In this document: in pieces, positions 47,313 through 59,156 of the stretch
Position numbering within the stretch: position 1 is the stretch's first letter
Layout: each line of letters begins with the position of its first letter
NCBI GenBank assembly: GCA_039545335.1
Contig: BCIN01000004.1
Coordinates: 1,478,925 to 1,542,924 of the forward strand
Reading direction: 5' to 3'
Source of the DNA: Kondoa subrosea
Taxonomy: Eukaryota
DNA length: 64,000 bases
Translations under genes and position numbers: made by a program
The notes under the pieces: generated by a model
Databases searched by the model: none
Told to the model about the DNA's origin: nothing
Seen by the model: only the letters and a program-made list of their open reading frames with translations

Positions 47313-50300
47313 TTAAGTGCTTGAACTTGACTTTGCTGAAGTTTTGCAGCTTCCCTTTCTTGTCTAGCTCGATTGAGCCGAGTGATGCTTTGCGCTCGGA
47401 CTAAGTTGAAACTGCCTGCTTCCATGTTCCGAGTAATGTCGTCAATTAGTTGACTGACACTGCATGAAAAACGATCAGAATCCGGAAAGCTTCATGATCA
47501 ACAATAAGGCTTACACGCCATCTTCAGCAGCATAAGCGACAATCTCTTGCTCCGAATCTCCTCTCATACGCAGAGGTTGACGGAACGCTTTGCCAGGATC
47601 GTCCGCAGGCGAAACTATATAACTCAATCCTCCTACACCACCTTGTTCTCGAGATCCGAGACGTTGATGACCGCGAACGAACAGTTTCAGTGGATCAGTA
47701 GTTTTGCTAGACCGTGTTGCTAGGGGTGCCGTGAAATTGCTGTCTACGCTTGCGTTACGAGAATGGAAGTTGAAATCGGCAGATATGGCACTATGTCTCG
47801 CACTTTGTCGTCGCAAATTTCGCACAATTGACCATCTGTAGATATTTGATGTCAGTCTATAGCAACAGGAGGAAGACACTTCAGCTTACACAAGTGATCC
47901 GTCGCCCATTTCGTCTACCTCGACACGATCTCCAGGCTCTCTGGAAGGCATTTCATTCGAAGCATCTGATTCGACTTGTTGTTGCACAATTTTGCTTTGA
48001 GTCGCTTGTCCAATAGCTTGAACACGACCTTGAGCAATGACGATCTCGTCCGTATCTTCGCCACGGTAGAAGTCCAGAAAAGAATCAGTGTAAGATGATC
48101 TGCCTGCTGTTGAGCGTGAAGCAGGTGACATGGCTGGAGGCAACAGAAAGCTGCTTGTTGTAGGACTCGCACTCATCGTAGAAGTAGTGGACTGCTTTGG
48201 GAGCTGAAGAGGGAGTGTGGGCTTACTGGTGAACAGAGGCGCTTCAGGTAAGGTAGGCACTGGCTCTTGAGCCAACAAATCTTGAGAAACCCTTCGACTG
48301 TGACGCTCGTGAGGAGGAGGCGGGGTCGGAAGTCGATCCTCTATCGACTTAAATGGGACGAGTAAGCCTCCGACGTCATCATTCGCAATTGAGGACGAAT
48401 GTTGTGATTGATCTGGCACGGTACTGACATTGACTTGAGGCCAATTATTGAGAGGAAAGAAGCCTCCATGCTCCGTCGACTCTCCCGCCGGGTTTTCACT
48501 CAGCACAGGAGAAGGAGGCACTGAACCGTTCTCCGAAAGAGCAGACGTTGGGAAGATGATGGTTCGTCTAACGATTTTGCGAGATAGATCAGCCGTAAGC
48601 TCTTCTTGTTCTTCCGGTATCGAGATGCATTGCCCAGAAGAAGACTGCGAATTCCTGTGTGAGGCTTGACTGATGAGATCATTCAGCTTGTTTGTATCTA
48701 TTCCCAGATTCATCCCGGCAGACATAAGTTGATGTATTGATTCGCGAAGCGGGTCTTCTTCTAATTTGAGAGGAGCAGGAACATGATTATAACCTCGCGA
48801 AGTGGGTATAGGTTCAGATGGTCCACGTTCCATAACAAGTGGACTTGAAGGTGTAGAAAAGGACGTAGAAAGATTTGCAGGTACTGGACTGTTCGTTCTA
48901 GAGCGATTGAATTCGCTGAGCGACATAGATCGCTTTCGCCATGTAGCGGAAACATCATAAGTGACAGGGGCGCGCCCAGCTGCTGAAGGACTTCTAGGAG
49001 TGGGTTCAGATTGCTTCTCGTCCGATAAAAGACGAGCTGGAGGCGGTGACATAGGTCGAGGAGGTTTGCGGTAGGTGGAAGGTGAAGTCGATCGATTTTG
49101 AGGTGTTACCGGGATTGAGGTTTGATGCGAGGATTGCCCGACCTGAGGCACCGGTGGCGGAGAAGAACTCTGGTTGGAAGAAGAGCCAAGATTGAAAGGA
49201 AGATACGGAATTGGCTCTGGGAAAGAGTTAATAGGATTTGATGGCTTTCTCCTTCGCAACCTAGACAGCAACCGAGCCAGACCACTTTCTGAGCTGTCGT
49301 TTTGTCCTTGACGCGATGTATTTCGAGGCGGAGGTGGTGAGGTAGGTGTAGCAGGGGACGGATGGGAACTGAATTGAGCATTCTGCTGCATAGGTGGCGT
49401 GGTTGTATCTTGAGCAGAAGGTAGAATAAGACCAGAATCAATCATTGCTTCTTCGGCGGTTTCCCAATTCCGATGGAAGACTTTTGTTCGAAGATTATTT
49501 GTAGAGCTGTTGTTTCGCGAGTGCTTGCCTGCAGACCGTGCTGCTTCGGGAGAAGAAGGAGGAGATTGTATTGTGGCAACATGTTGTAGATGAGACAAGT
49601 CTGCAGACGATGACAGCAAATGAGGCACCGAAATATTACGGGTGGCGAGGGATTTGCTAGACTTGCGTCTTGACAATATTGAACGATGAGGAGTATCTGA
49701 GCTGCTCGATGATCCCTTCAAAGCGATTGTAGCTGCTTCAGCTTGATCTGAGACCGAGCGAAGAAGGACTGATTGAGTATTGGCACCATATCTAGAATTG
49801 GGAGGCGAGTGTCTTGGTCTTTGAGGTGTTTGCGGCGAATGAAGACCGCTGTCGGAAGGAATATTCTGTGATTCGGGATGTACAGGCATATGACGAGGTG
49901 CCTCTTCCGTTCTAGCTTTGGCCAGGCCGCGAAGTTCAGAAATAGAGACTTTTGGTCGGAGACTTGGTCGATCACCATACGCTTGAACAGGCGAAGCCGA
50001 GGCAGCTGAATTCGAATAAGTCGCTCTCTCAATACACTGTGATAAGAAACATACATCGAGACATATCAAATCCGCTAGCGGGCGACCAGTTCTTGCCTAG
50101 ATCAGGCGACGTATGATCTAAAGTTGCAAGCTCTTCTTGTTCCATAGACTCGTCAGGCGAGACCAGCTGAGCTGCTGCTTCAGTTGGCGGCGATTTCCGC
50201 ATATCGCTAGACATGAACAAATCAGGTGAAGTCGTAGCAGAAGTTTTTGGCGTTGGTCTTCTAGAAGACATTGTTGCATTACCGATCCCAAGCTGCATTG

Positions 50301-52087
50301 TCGCTTGAGCTCTCAAACTTGCAGACCGAATCAGTTCTTGCTGCATGAAAGCAACATCTTCAATTTTTAAACCTCCAAGAACCATTGGATCTTCCCCGAG
50401 CACTTGCTGTACTGAGAAACTTTCCCGAGGACCAACTGATGCTGTTTCGGGTGTCTTCTCCCGCAGAGCATCCTCATCTGAATCAATTTCAACTGCCCGA
50501 TAACTCGAACCAAGAGAGGTGATTGATGTCGTTGATTCATGGCGCTGATGAGAAAAATGATCTGAATTACTGGTCGATTGAGTCCCACCTTCGAGTTCTT
50601 CCTCTTCTCCCGCTTCCCCCCTTTCCCACGATAAAGCTTCTTGTTCTATATCATCTTCTTGTTCGTGATCTCTCTTAGACCACGAGTGTGGAACCTCTTC
50701 ATCATCATCAGCTTGATATTCGTAGAAACCAGGCTTCAGGTATTGCAAGTTTTCCATCGTAGGCGAAGAAGCGGCAGCAGCTACCATACCGGCTGAATAT
50801 GTTTGTATCGGCGAAAGATCCTTTTTAGAGATTTCCAGATTTACAGGCGTAAGAGGTACGGGTGTATTTGCATCCCTCTCGGTGGTAGAATCCCGATGCG
50901 ACGGAATTTTGTCGCCCTGTTGATTCGAAGCTGGTTCAAGGTTCGAGAAGAGTACTGAATGGACATCGGAAAGTGAGTCAGAGCCTCTTTTAGCGTCTAA
51001 TGAAGGTAGTGAAGGAACTGGTGAAAGAGCTCTTGAATGTGGAAGGAAAGGTTTGCGCAACAAAGAATGATCTCGACCAGGATCAATAGCTTCAGTATCT
51101 TCATCTGTATATCGAGAAGAAGCTTTGGTAGGAGATGGACCCAGAGAAGTAGAGGTAGATTTGCTTAGCATAGCTTGTGTTGAATGGAATGTTTGGTCTA
51201 ATTCCTCTTGAGCTTTCGTCGGGCGCGCAGTTTGTGCAAGAAGGGAAGTATAGTTTGCTGAGAATTCCAGCTCCATCTCATCCAGTACGCGAGATATCCT
51301 TCGTATTTGAGATTTGGTCATAGCCTCAGGTTGCAATTTCGAGGCGTCTGAACTCGTAGGCAAAGGTTCCAATTCTTCTTCGTCATCTTCATCACTCGAT
51401 GAATCGTCTGACATCTTATCAGGATTACTGTATTGTAATGCAGGTGACGCGTTTGGAGACCTGGATATGGATCTTGATCTTGAAGTGACAGAAAGGTTTC
51501 CACTTGCCGACTTCTTTATCTCTGGTTGACCTGTAGCATGACCGAACATACTTGAATTCCCCTGATGTCGGACTCGACTTTTGTGAAAGTCTTCGAGTGT
51601 ACTTGGAGCACTTGAGTTCACAATATCGCTCAGTGCAGGTGAGGGCAAGGTATCGGAGGAGATCTGCCAAGTTTGATCGATGCCGTACATTGGCGCGCTT
51701 TGAGGAGGTTCTAGGAACGAGCCTGCCTCGCTTTGAGATTGCATACGATATTGATCCATGATGCTGAGTTCTTCTGCTGCAGTAAGACGACCCGTTTCCC
51801 TTTGCGCGCTATTCACACCGTGTCAAGATATGACACGAGACTCGACTGGACAACAACGCTCACCGAAGGGCTTTTGAGAAAGCTTCGGGCGACAACAGTT
51901 CACCATTTGTATCGCGTAAGAGAGCGAATCTTTGTGTCAGGTGAGGCAGAATCAAAGAAGTCCTGAAGGATGAAGTAGGCAGCTCTAAGATAGGCAGAGC
52001 TATAGACGTCGCATTTTGCTCGCCAGCTGAATCTGATGCTGTGCTTTTCGGCTTGCCAGCTTTATGGCGTCGGAAGCGCGACTTCAT
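47313..52087 (-). CDS. Large (about 1500 aa) intrinsically disordered Ser/Pro-rich protein; unknown function
   Basis: Long exons 50029-51816 and 47886-50069 are joined by an intron at about 50007-50055. Conserved-looking ends: FRTSLILPHLTQRFALLR and EVDEMGDGSLVWSIV...QLIDDITRNM. The exact 3' end is uncertain. Confidence 0.75.
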
Positions 52088-52311
52088 GCTTGCCGCATAG
52101 ATATTGATGTATACAGTGCAAGGATATAGACGAGGCTTGGGGGTATAAGGTTGATTGCTAATAAGGGTCCGATTTCGACAAAACGCGCGAAAAGTAGATA
52201 ATGCACATTACAGAATGTTGCCCTTTCCTCTTTCTCAGCTTGATACCAGTTAAATCACACATTCCTCTCCCTATAATATTCGCTCACGAGACTCGCGAAA
52301 ACATTCGGTTC

Positions 52312-55008
52312 TTACAGTGCATCAAAGTTAAGCACAGCTTGGCGCTAAATAACGAGAGATCAGCAAAAGACCTGTTATATTACTTGTGAGCTGACCTTCT
52401 TCCTCTCTACTTCATCTTCGCGCTATTGATCACAATAAGCAATCAATCCAACACGATACGAAACAATTCGCACCTTCTCCTTAACATGCAAGACGAAAAC
52501 CGTTATAGCCAAGATCAAGATCGTACCCAAAACAGTCGACATCACTCCAGGTACCCAATCACCAGGATGCAAGAACAATTCTCTTGTCCAACTTCCCGGA
52601 TCATTGCTTCCTTGAGGTTGGAAAGGTAGAATCAACACTTGAGAATTAGGGATCAAACCTTCTAAATTCGTGTAATGTCGATCTTGATGTCTCGTGGAGC
52701 CAACAAACAAGTTTTCGACGTAATTATTCGTTCTTCCTAAACCGAAGAAGGAGTAAGGTGTTAAGAGGGAAAGATAAGAAGTTTGTGGGATCTGGGCAAC
52801 TTGAGTAGCTCGACGAACACCTGATGAGTCGAAAACGGTGAATTTGACCGAGGCGCCTGAATAGCTGACACCGTAGGGCTAAGACGAACTATCAGCCGAC
52901 TTCTTTTTATACAGAGACAAACTGACGTGATACTTCTCTGTGCTAATGCCCTGGGGCGGACAGAGTCCATCGCAAGCTCCATTAGCCACTGTGTAACAAT
53001 TGGTAGCTGTTAATGAATGTAATTTCAATAACGCTAAAAATTGCGCACCTAGCGTTTTCATAAAGAAAGCATCGTTGAAGTAATTGTTCTTGATAAAGTT
53101 GATCTTGCGTGAAATTCCTCCTGAGCTACCATCACGCTGAACCATGATATCCAGAGATCCCTATCACACAGAACCCATCAATCTTTGAATATGCCTAACC
53201 TCTTTGTCGACTCACATCCTCATCAATATCCAAGAAACTTGCTTGCCGAGCGTCTTTAATGTTGTTCAGTGCATCAGCACCTTTGACAACTTTCTCAAAT
53301 CTCCTTCTTCCATTTTTCCCACAACCGCTGTATTTCTCTTCACAAGGTAAACTTTTCAAAAGACTGACGGAACCAGATGAAGCTGTTGAACTTGAAGAAG
53401 AGAGGACGAGCAGGTCTGGGAACCCATCTTGGTTGTAGTCACCGATTTTGATGGAGATAGGTAAATTGCCTTGAAACGATTTGTCTTGCAAGATGAAGTG
53501 ATCTAGACCGGGAAGAATAGAACTTAACGGAAACCGAGCAAAAGCCTGATGAGATCACGTCAGTGCTGTCTTGATCGTCACCAAAGGAAAGAAAGCCAAC
53601 CTTGTTCGAGGTATTATCTGTTAGATCAAACTTGAAATTAGGGTCAGCTTCGCATAAATCGTTGGCATCTCGACATGGTCCTCGGTCGATTGGTCCAGGC
53701 GTACAAAGAGGGATTTGTTCGTTATAAGCGATATTGATGTAACAATCTGAAGTGCCAGAGCTGCAGGAAGGGAAAACCATGTCGAGAGTTCCATCACGGT
53801 CTGAACACACCTAAGAATTACTCGTTTGACCTTGACTATAGACTATAGATACTGACCTATATCTGCGAAAGTAACTTGACCGCTTCCTTTCGGTAATCGG
53901 CCAGACTGAGCAAAGACGAAACCCAATTCCTTCTTATTCTGCCATATTTGATATGAAAAGCGATTAGAATCGCTGGGATCGACACATGTAAGAAACAAGT
54001 CTGCAAGAAAACTTGAACAAAATCGTTTAGCATTCAGTTACAAGCCTTACCTGCCAGGCAATCACCGTCCAGATCGATAAAAGCGTTACTATGCGGATTT
54101 GCAAGCTTGCAATCTACAGCGTTCATATCTAGAGGTGGACCTGAGCTGCCTCAGGAAAATTAGACTGCTTCTGTAGCTATTCAAGGCTTGAACTCACACT
54201 TCAAACAAGGTATCGTTCCGCTGAGCAGATATCACGTTCTTCCATAACTGAATACGCGGGTTGTCACCCGTTGACATGCCTAAAAGATCTGCCTTCATAT
54301 CGCCATTCGTATCCAAGACCATAGGTTGGACAGGACTCCCATCCGGTAATTCTACAGGAGTATCTGTCTGAGAAGTAAGCAGTTGCAGATCATGGAGAGC
54401 ATCATTACCTACCAAAAGTTGCTTCCCCTAGACCTTTATAGAAGTGCATCTTCAGAATCTGATCGTCTGACCACCAACCGCCGTTTGGATTAGCTTGAGA
54501 CATGAGTAACAGATCCAGTCTTCCATCGTAATTGAAGTCTCCTGGTACTACATTGACGATCTTGAGGTTATCAGGCGCTTGTATAGCTGGGGCAGAGGAG
54601 ATCTTGAAGGTGTATGAATCTGTCTTCCAGCATGAGTTCTCGCAAACTGGCTCACAGACTTGTCTCGCCTTTATCCCAGAGCCATACTTGTAGACTTCTC
54701 TGCTCCGAGCTGAGTATAAACAAGTCCAATCTATCCTTGCACGAAAGTCAATGCACACTTCTTTTGCCTCGACAACGCGCGTAAGAAGGCGCATACAATT
54801 GATTGCCTTCTACATCTCCAACAGCTGCAACCATTCCATTCGCATGATCTAATCCTAGAGCGCCTGCATTGACCAGTCCTTCGAAAGTGAATCTCTGAGG
54901 TTTGCCAAGTAGCGGCCAATCTAAACCAAACAGTGCATGACTGGGTTGTGATAGAGCTAAGAGTATCACGCTCAGCAAGCTCGTGGGTATCAGGCGGAAG
55001 TCGAGCAT
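52312..55008 (-). CDS. ITFG1: FG-GAP repeat type-I membrane protein, ITFG1/LINKIN (T-cell immunomodulatory protein) homolog
   Basis: Signal peptide; VVPGDFNYDGRLDLL, DTNGDMKADLLG, HSNAFIDLDGDCLADL, ADIDRDGTLD, GDYNQDGFPDLL, FGLGRTNNYVE, IPNSQ; TM then KEKREDEVER..NFDAL*. Confidence 0.9.
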
Positions 55009-55200
55009 GGGGAATACGGTTGTTATGTAAAGGGCTTTGTCGCAGAGATCATTCAGGGCCATGATGGTCTTACACAAGAAGAACATTGGGCATGCGCTGA
55101 CAATAGCAGTGCACTAGAGAACTCGATCGTTCATACCATTTTCCATCTTTCCCTATCATCTTCATGACAGGTTCTTGCTGCGCTCTACGATCCCGCACAC

Positions 55201-55603
55201 TCAAGACAGGTTATCCGTCCAAACAAGTGTAATCTTCCTGTCCCAATCGGGCTCTCCAGCACCGTAGACCTAAACGTGTGTCGAAGCTCGTTAGTCTCGA
55301 AGCAACAAACGATGATTATGAGAAATGAGCTTTACCTGCGACTTGAGAGTACCTTTCTCATCATCCACTACAACAGTCTCCAACACAATAACTTCACGCT
55401 ACGGTGTAAGTTTCCGTCAACTATAGGAAGAAAAATACAAGCGAGAGAGGAGGGAACGCAACTGAATCTTTGCCGCCAGCCATTGATTCCGTAGCTTTAT
55501 CTCCACGATTGAACTTCAGCTCATTCGGTAGAGCATCTTGATTGGCACCATAGGTGAATCGCTCAAGTTTGGCGATACGTTCCTCCAGGCTTAGATTTGA
55601 CAT
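55201..55603 (-). CDS. Small (about 98 aa) orphan protein, three exons
   Basis: Splicing two GT-AG introns gives an open frame: MSNLSLEERIAKLERF...KFNRGDKA...REVIVLETVVVDDEKGTLKSQVYGAGEPDWDRKITLVWTDNLS*. Confidence 0.55.
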
Positions 55604-56006
55604 GGTGGGGTTGAAGTGATTTCTGTAAATGCACGAGAATGAAAGTAGAAGTGTAACTTCGTTGATGGCTGTAGACGAGAAGAGAAAACGGCAGCAAAAT
55701 TTTGGCTCGAGGCGCGCCCAGTGACCTCATTCAATGCACAGAATCAATCTTCTTCTTCACTTGATCATCGCGCAAATGCAAAGATGAGGCTTTTGTGTCA
55801 TCTGGGAGCGCTGGTGCACTGAAACGAACTCATTGAGGTGAGGTATGTTGAGTAGCCTGAAAATAAAAGGATTTGAAGAAGGAAAGAGCGAAGGTCTCCT
55901 GTTCACTTTCTGAGCCAAAATATTGACACGGATTGAAGGCAGAGGGAAATTTAGTACAGATAGCGAAGGTCATGAAAGTAAAAGAAAGCATAAGAGAGGA
56001 GATAGA

Positions 56007-56601
56007 TTAAGTTTTCGGTTTGATACAGCTTTCGACAAACAAGTGGTTAAGACAACAACTGCACAGAAATCAGCTTCCTCCATGGAACGGAAGAACGAGA
56101 GTGCGGAGAAAGCTCACCAACTGGCAAGTGTACCCAAGAAACAACCGCAACAGCCGAGTTTTCGTTTCTCTTCCGCTTCATATTCATCTATTTCAGATTG
56201 CGTGAATTGTTCTTGCTGCCCAGTAGCTTTCGTAACGTAACCTTGCTGCTGCTAGATACCCGTAAGCTCATTACGGCATAAGAGCTGGCTTGCTAGCTAA
56301 CCTGATGAGATGCGCGATTCGACTGAATACATCACAGTAAGTATACCGGGATATCTTCCAACGAAGCGAGACACGACGTACCTGTCCAGAAGAAGCCCAA
56401 TTTGATCCAGCTTCAGTTGCATAACTCGGCGGTCGAGTGCTCGGTCGACATGACTGACGCTGAGCATAGTTCTGCTGAGACATCTGCGGAGGATGTGCAG
56501 GTCCATTCTGCTGCTGTTTCCATAAGCGTAAGACATCAAGCTCGGTATCAACGCCCGCGACTTGCTTGTGGATTATATGCTTGATTGTTTGTTACTGCCA
56601 T
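56007..56601 (-). CDS. CYSTM-type protein (Gln/Pro-rich N-terminus, Cys-rich membrane tail)
   Basis: MAVTNNQAYNPQ|QQNGPAHPPQ...PPSYA...EEKRKLGCCGCFLGTLASCCCLNHLFVESCIKPKT*. The first intron is GC-AG (56514-56565). Confidence 0.7.
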
Positions 56602-57100
56602 GACTCTTGACTCGACTTATAGTGATGCAGGTGCTGGTCCGAACAGGAGATCGTGTTTCTGAACCGTCTGAATCCTGCAGTATTCCTTCTGAAACTTCTA
56701 TTACACACATCTTCGACATATTCGTAACGAGAATTTGCCAAAGCCAGACTAGTAGTGTGGTATTCAGTCATCATGGTCCTGATTCAGGGATATTGGACAG
56801 CGATGGAGAAGCCTCATGCTATGTAGACTGTCCAAAGTCAACCCGAGCTGTTTTGCGCGCTTCTCTCTCGCTGATCTACGCCTATTTCTGCTGTCTTTCA
56901 ATTGGCCTTCCCTGCTCTCTGTTGTCATCTCTGCGGCTTGTCTTATTATCTTTCTTTAGATTTCGGCAAATTTCCCTTTGTCAAAGAGAGGTTGCCTTCA
57001 AAGCGATGTTTATAGAAATTACTACCCTCAAGACTGGCTCTTCTTCTTCTCCAATATGCTCATCTGATTACTGTTCATATCACCTGCCTTCCCAAAGCAA

Positions 57101-58664
57101 ATGCCTAGTCCATGTTCTATAAGAAATCTATGCTTCGCCTCTTTTTTAGTCTCTGCTCAAGCTCATAATTGGCTAACAAAGTCAGTATATCCATTCTGGA
57201 ACTACTCAAAACATTGACTGGCTTCCGATATTCAACAGCCCGAAAGCGAGAGCTGGCTTATTCGGTGAAATCGGAGTAGAGGACAATTGCGAAAACGACA
57301 ACACAGATGTTCCCGATGGCAATACGTATCAAAGAGGTCAACAGATTGAAGCAACCTGGACTTACAATAGTGAGTTTATGAAAGTGATGGCCTGCGTGTT
57401 GCACTGATTACGATTCCTCTTTAGATCATTGTTAGTCTCGACTCTAATGGACCACTGCTGGATTAATGATGAATATTGGTAGGGAACGGGTTCTCCAGAT
57501 TTTCGATAGTCCCTGCCGGCCGTAAGTGCCTAAAGCAAATCTCATAGGTTATGCTGATCTAGTTTTGCAGAGGAAACGGACAAGGATGCTTTCCATGATC
57601 CCAAGAATGTCAGTCAGGCTCCATAATAGTCTGTAAGACTCGTTTCAACAATTACGATGCAGTTTGTCAAGATTTCGTGCATGTCTCAAAATTGCGGAGG
57701 AAGAAGACTAGGTCTTGATGGACCGCAATGTAAGCTCACTATTCGCCCCTTTAGCTCTTAAGCTGATTGGATTTGAGACAGTCGATTACTATGGACCTTA
57801 CAATCTTCCAGCGCAATCTGGGATCCCGCAAGACAATTCTGAGCCAGACCTCGCTTGTCGAACGAATATTACAATACCTGCACTGGCGGATGGGAGCTAT
57901 GTTCTTCAATGGCTAATGTATGGAGTGCATGTAAGTCTACGTACTACATAGTCTCTACGGTGAGCTGAAGGCTAGCAAAAAAAGGATTCGTATGGTGTTG
58001 TTGATGAGACATTACCGCTCTTCCGAAATTGCGCGAATGTGGGTGATATTCGAATAGAGTGTTCAATTCTTATTCGTTGGACAGATCAAGATTAGCGGCG
58101 GTAGCTCAGTCCAGACGAAGGAGTCTGATGGCTGCGCATTCGTAAGTGTTCGCTGCCCATCGCTACCTCATACTGACGAAAGCTGATAGGAATGGGAAGG
58201 CGGTGATCGAGTAATTCAATTAGAATTGCTAGTGATATCGCTGATGATTGCAACAGGCTTTGAGCGATGCAACAGATGTAGGCAAGATTACCAGTTTGAA
58301 ACCCGACGAATGCGGCTACTGGCTCTTCAACTCCATCAACGCTTCAGCGGGCTATTACATGCCCAAAGGACTGGCTGGTCCGGATGGGAAAACTGCAGCT
58401 CAAGATCCTACAGTATTGCGTCACGGTCAACCTCAAGAAGTCATCAATTGTGGAGGTCAAGTAGGAGCAAATTCTTCTGGCAAGCCATCACCAGTAGCAG
58501 TAGCTATCTCTAATGAAGATCAAGGTTCGGAATCAACAAGTACAGTCGTAGTGAAGGAAACTTCGACTACTCAGCCTGATCAACAGAAGTTGGTCAAGCA
58601 GTGTAAGAAAGATCATATAGTAAAGCGATACGTGAGGATACTTTGGAAGAGGAAGAGACGTTGA
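57101..58664 (+). CDS. Secreted histidine-brace, LPMO-like copper protein (unassigned family), about 10 exons
   Basis: Signal peptide ending SAQA then His22 (HNWLTNPKAR); YQRGQQIEATW.YNNHWNGFSRFSIVP; ITIPALADGSYVLQWLMYG; LFRNCANIKISGG; Cys-containing C-terminal extension. Confidence 0.75.
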
Positions 58665-59156
58665 TGAAAGCAATACCTGTAGTGTGGCACTTACTGTACT
58701 GCAGTCCAGTGTTTATTGTCAATATTGACCTGTACATGTACGACGAGAGGGCTTTTTTCAAAGAGCTTCGAGAGCCCGATACTTTAGTATTGCTGCATAC
58801 TCTAGCGGGGCCTCTACTTTGTTTCTACCCTTGCACTTCTTTCTATGTCGATCAAGAATTTTAACAAGTTGTTTTGCTCGCCTTTCTTGCCTTTCGAATG
58901 CTGTCACAGTGCATTGACTTTCGAATATAAGCCGGGTCTTCATGCCTTATATGTCTCCGCCTTACCTTCATGAAACTTTGAGGCGCTTTCCATTCTTACG
59001 TAAGCGAGGTCTGAGTGCTGAATCTTAAATTCTCCCTTTTTGCTTTCACTCTTGCCTCTCTACCGTCACTTACCTCCTACAGTCTTGTTTGACGTTGCTG
59101 TAAGTCGAATTGCAGTCAAAGTCGAGCCTGTGACTGATTTCGACTTAGCAGGCCTG

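Noticed and set aside
50007..50069. Apparent frameshift between the 595-aa and 727-aa ORFs
   Set aside because: Explained by an ordinary intron of about 49 nt (GTATGT...TTCAG) that joins the frames.
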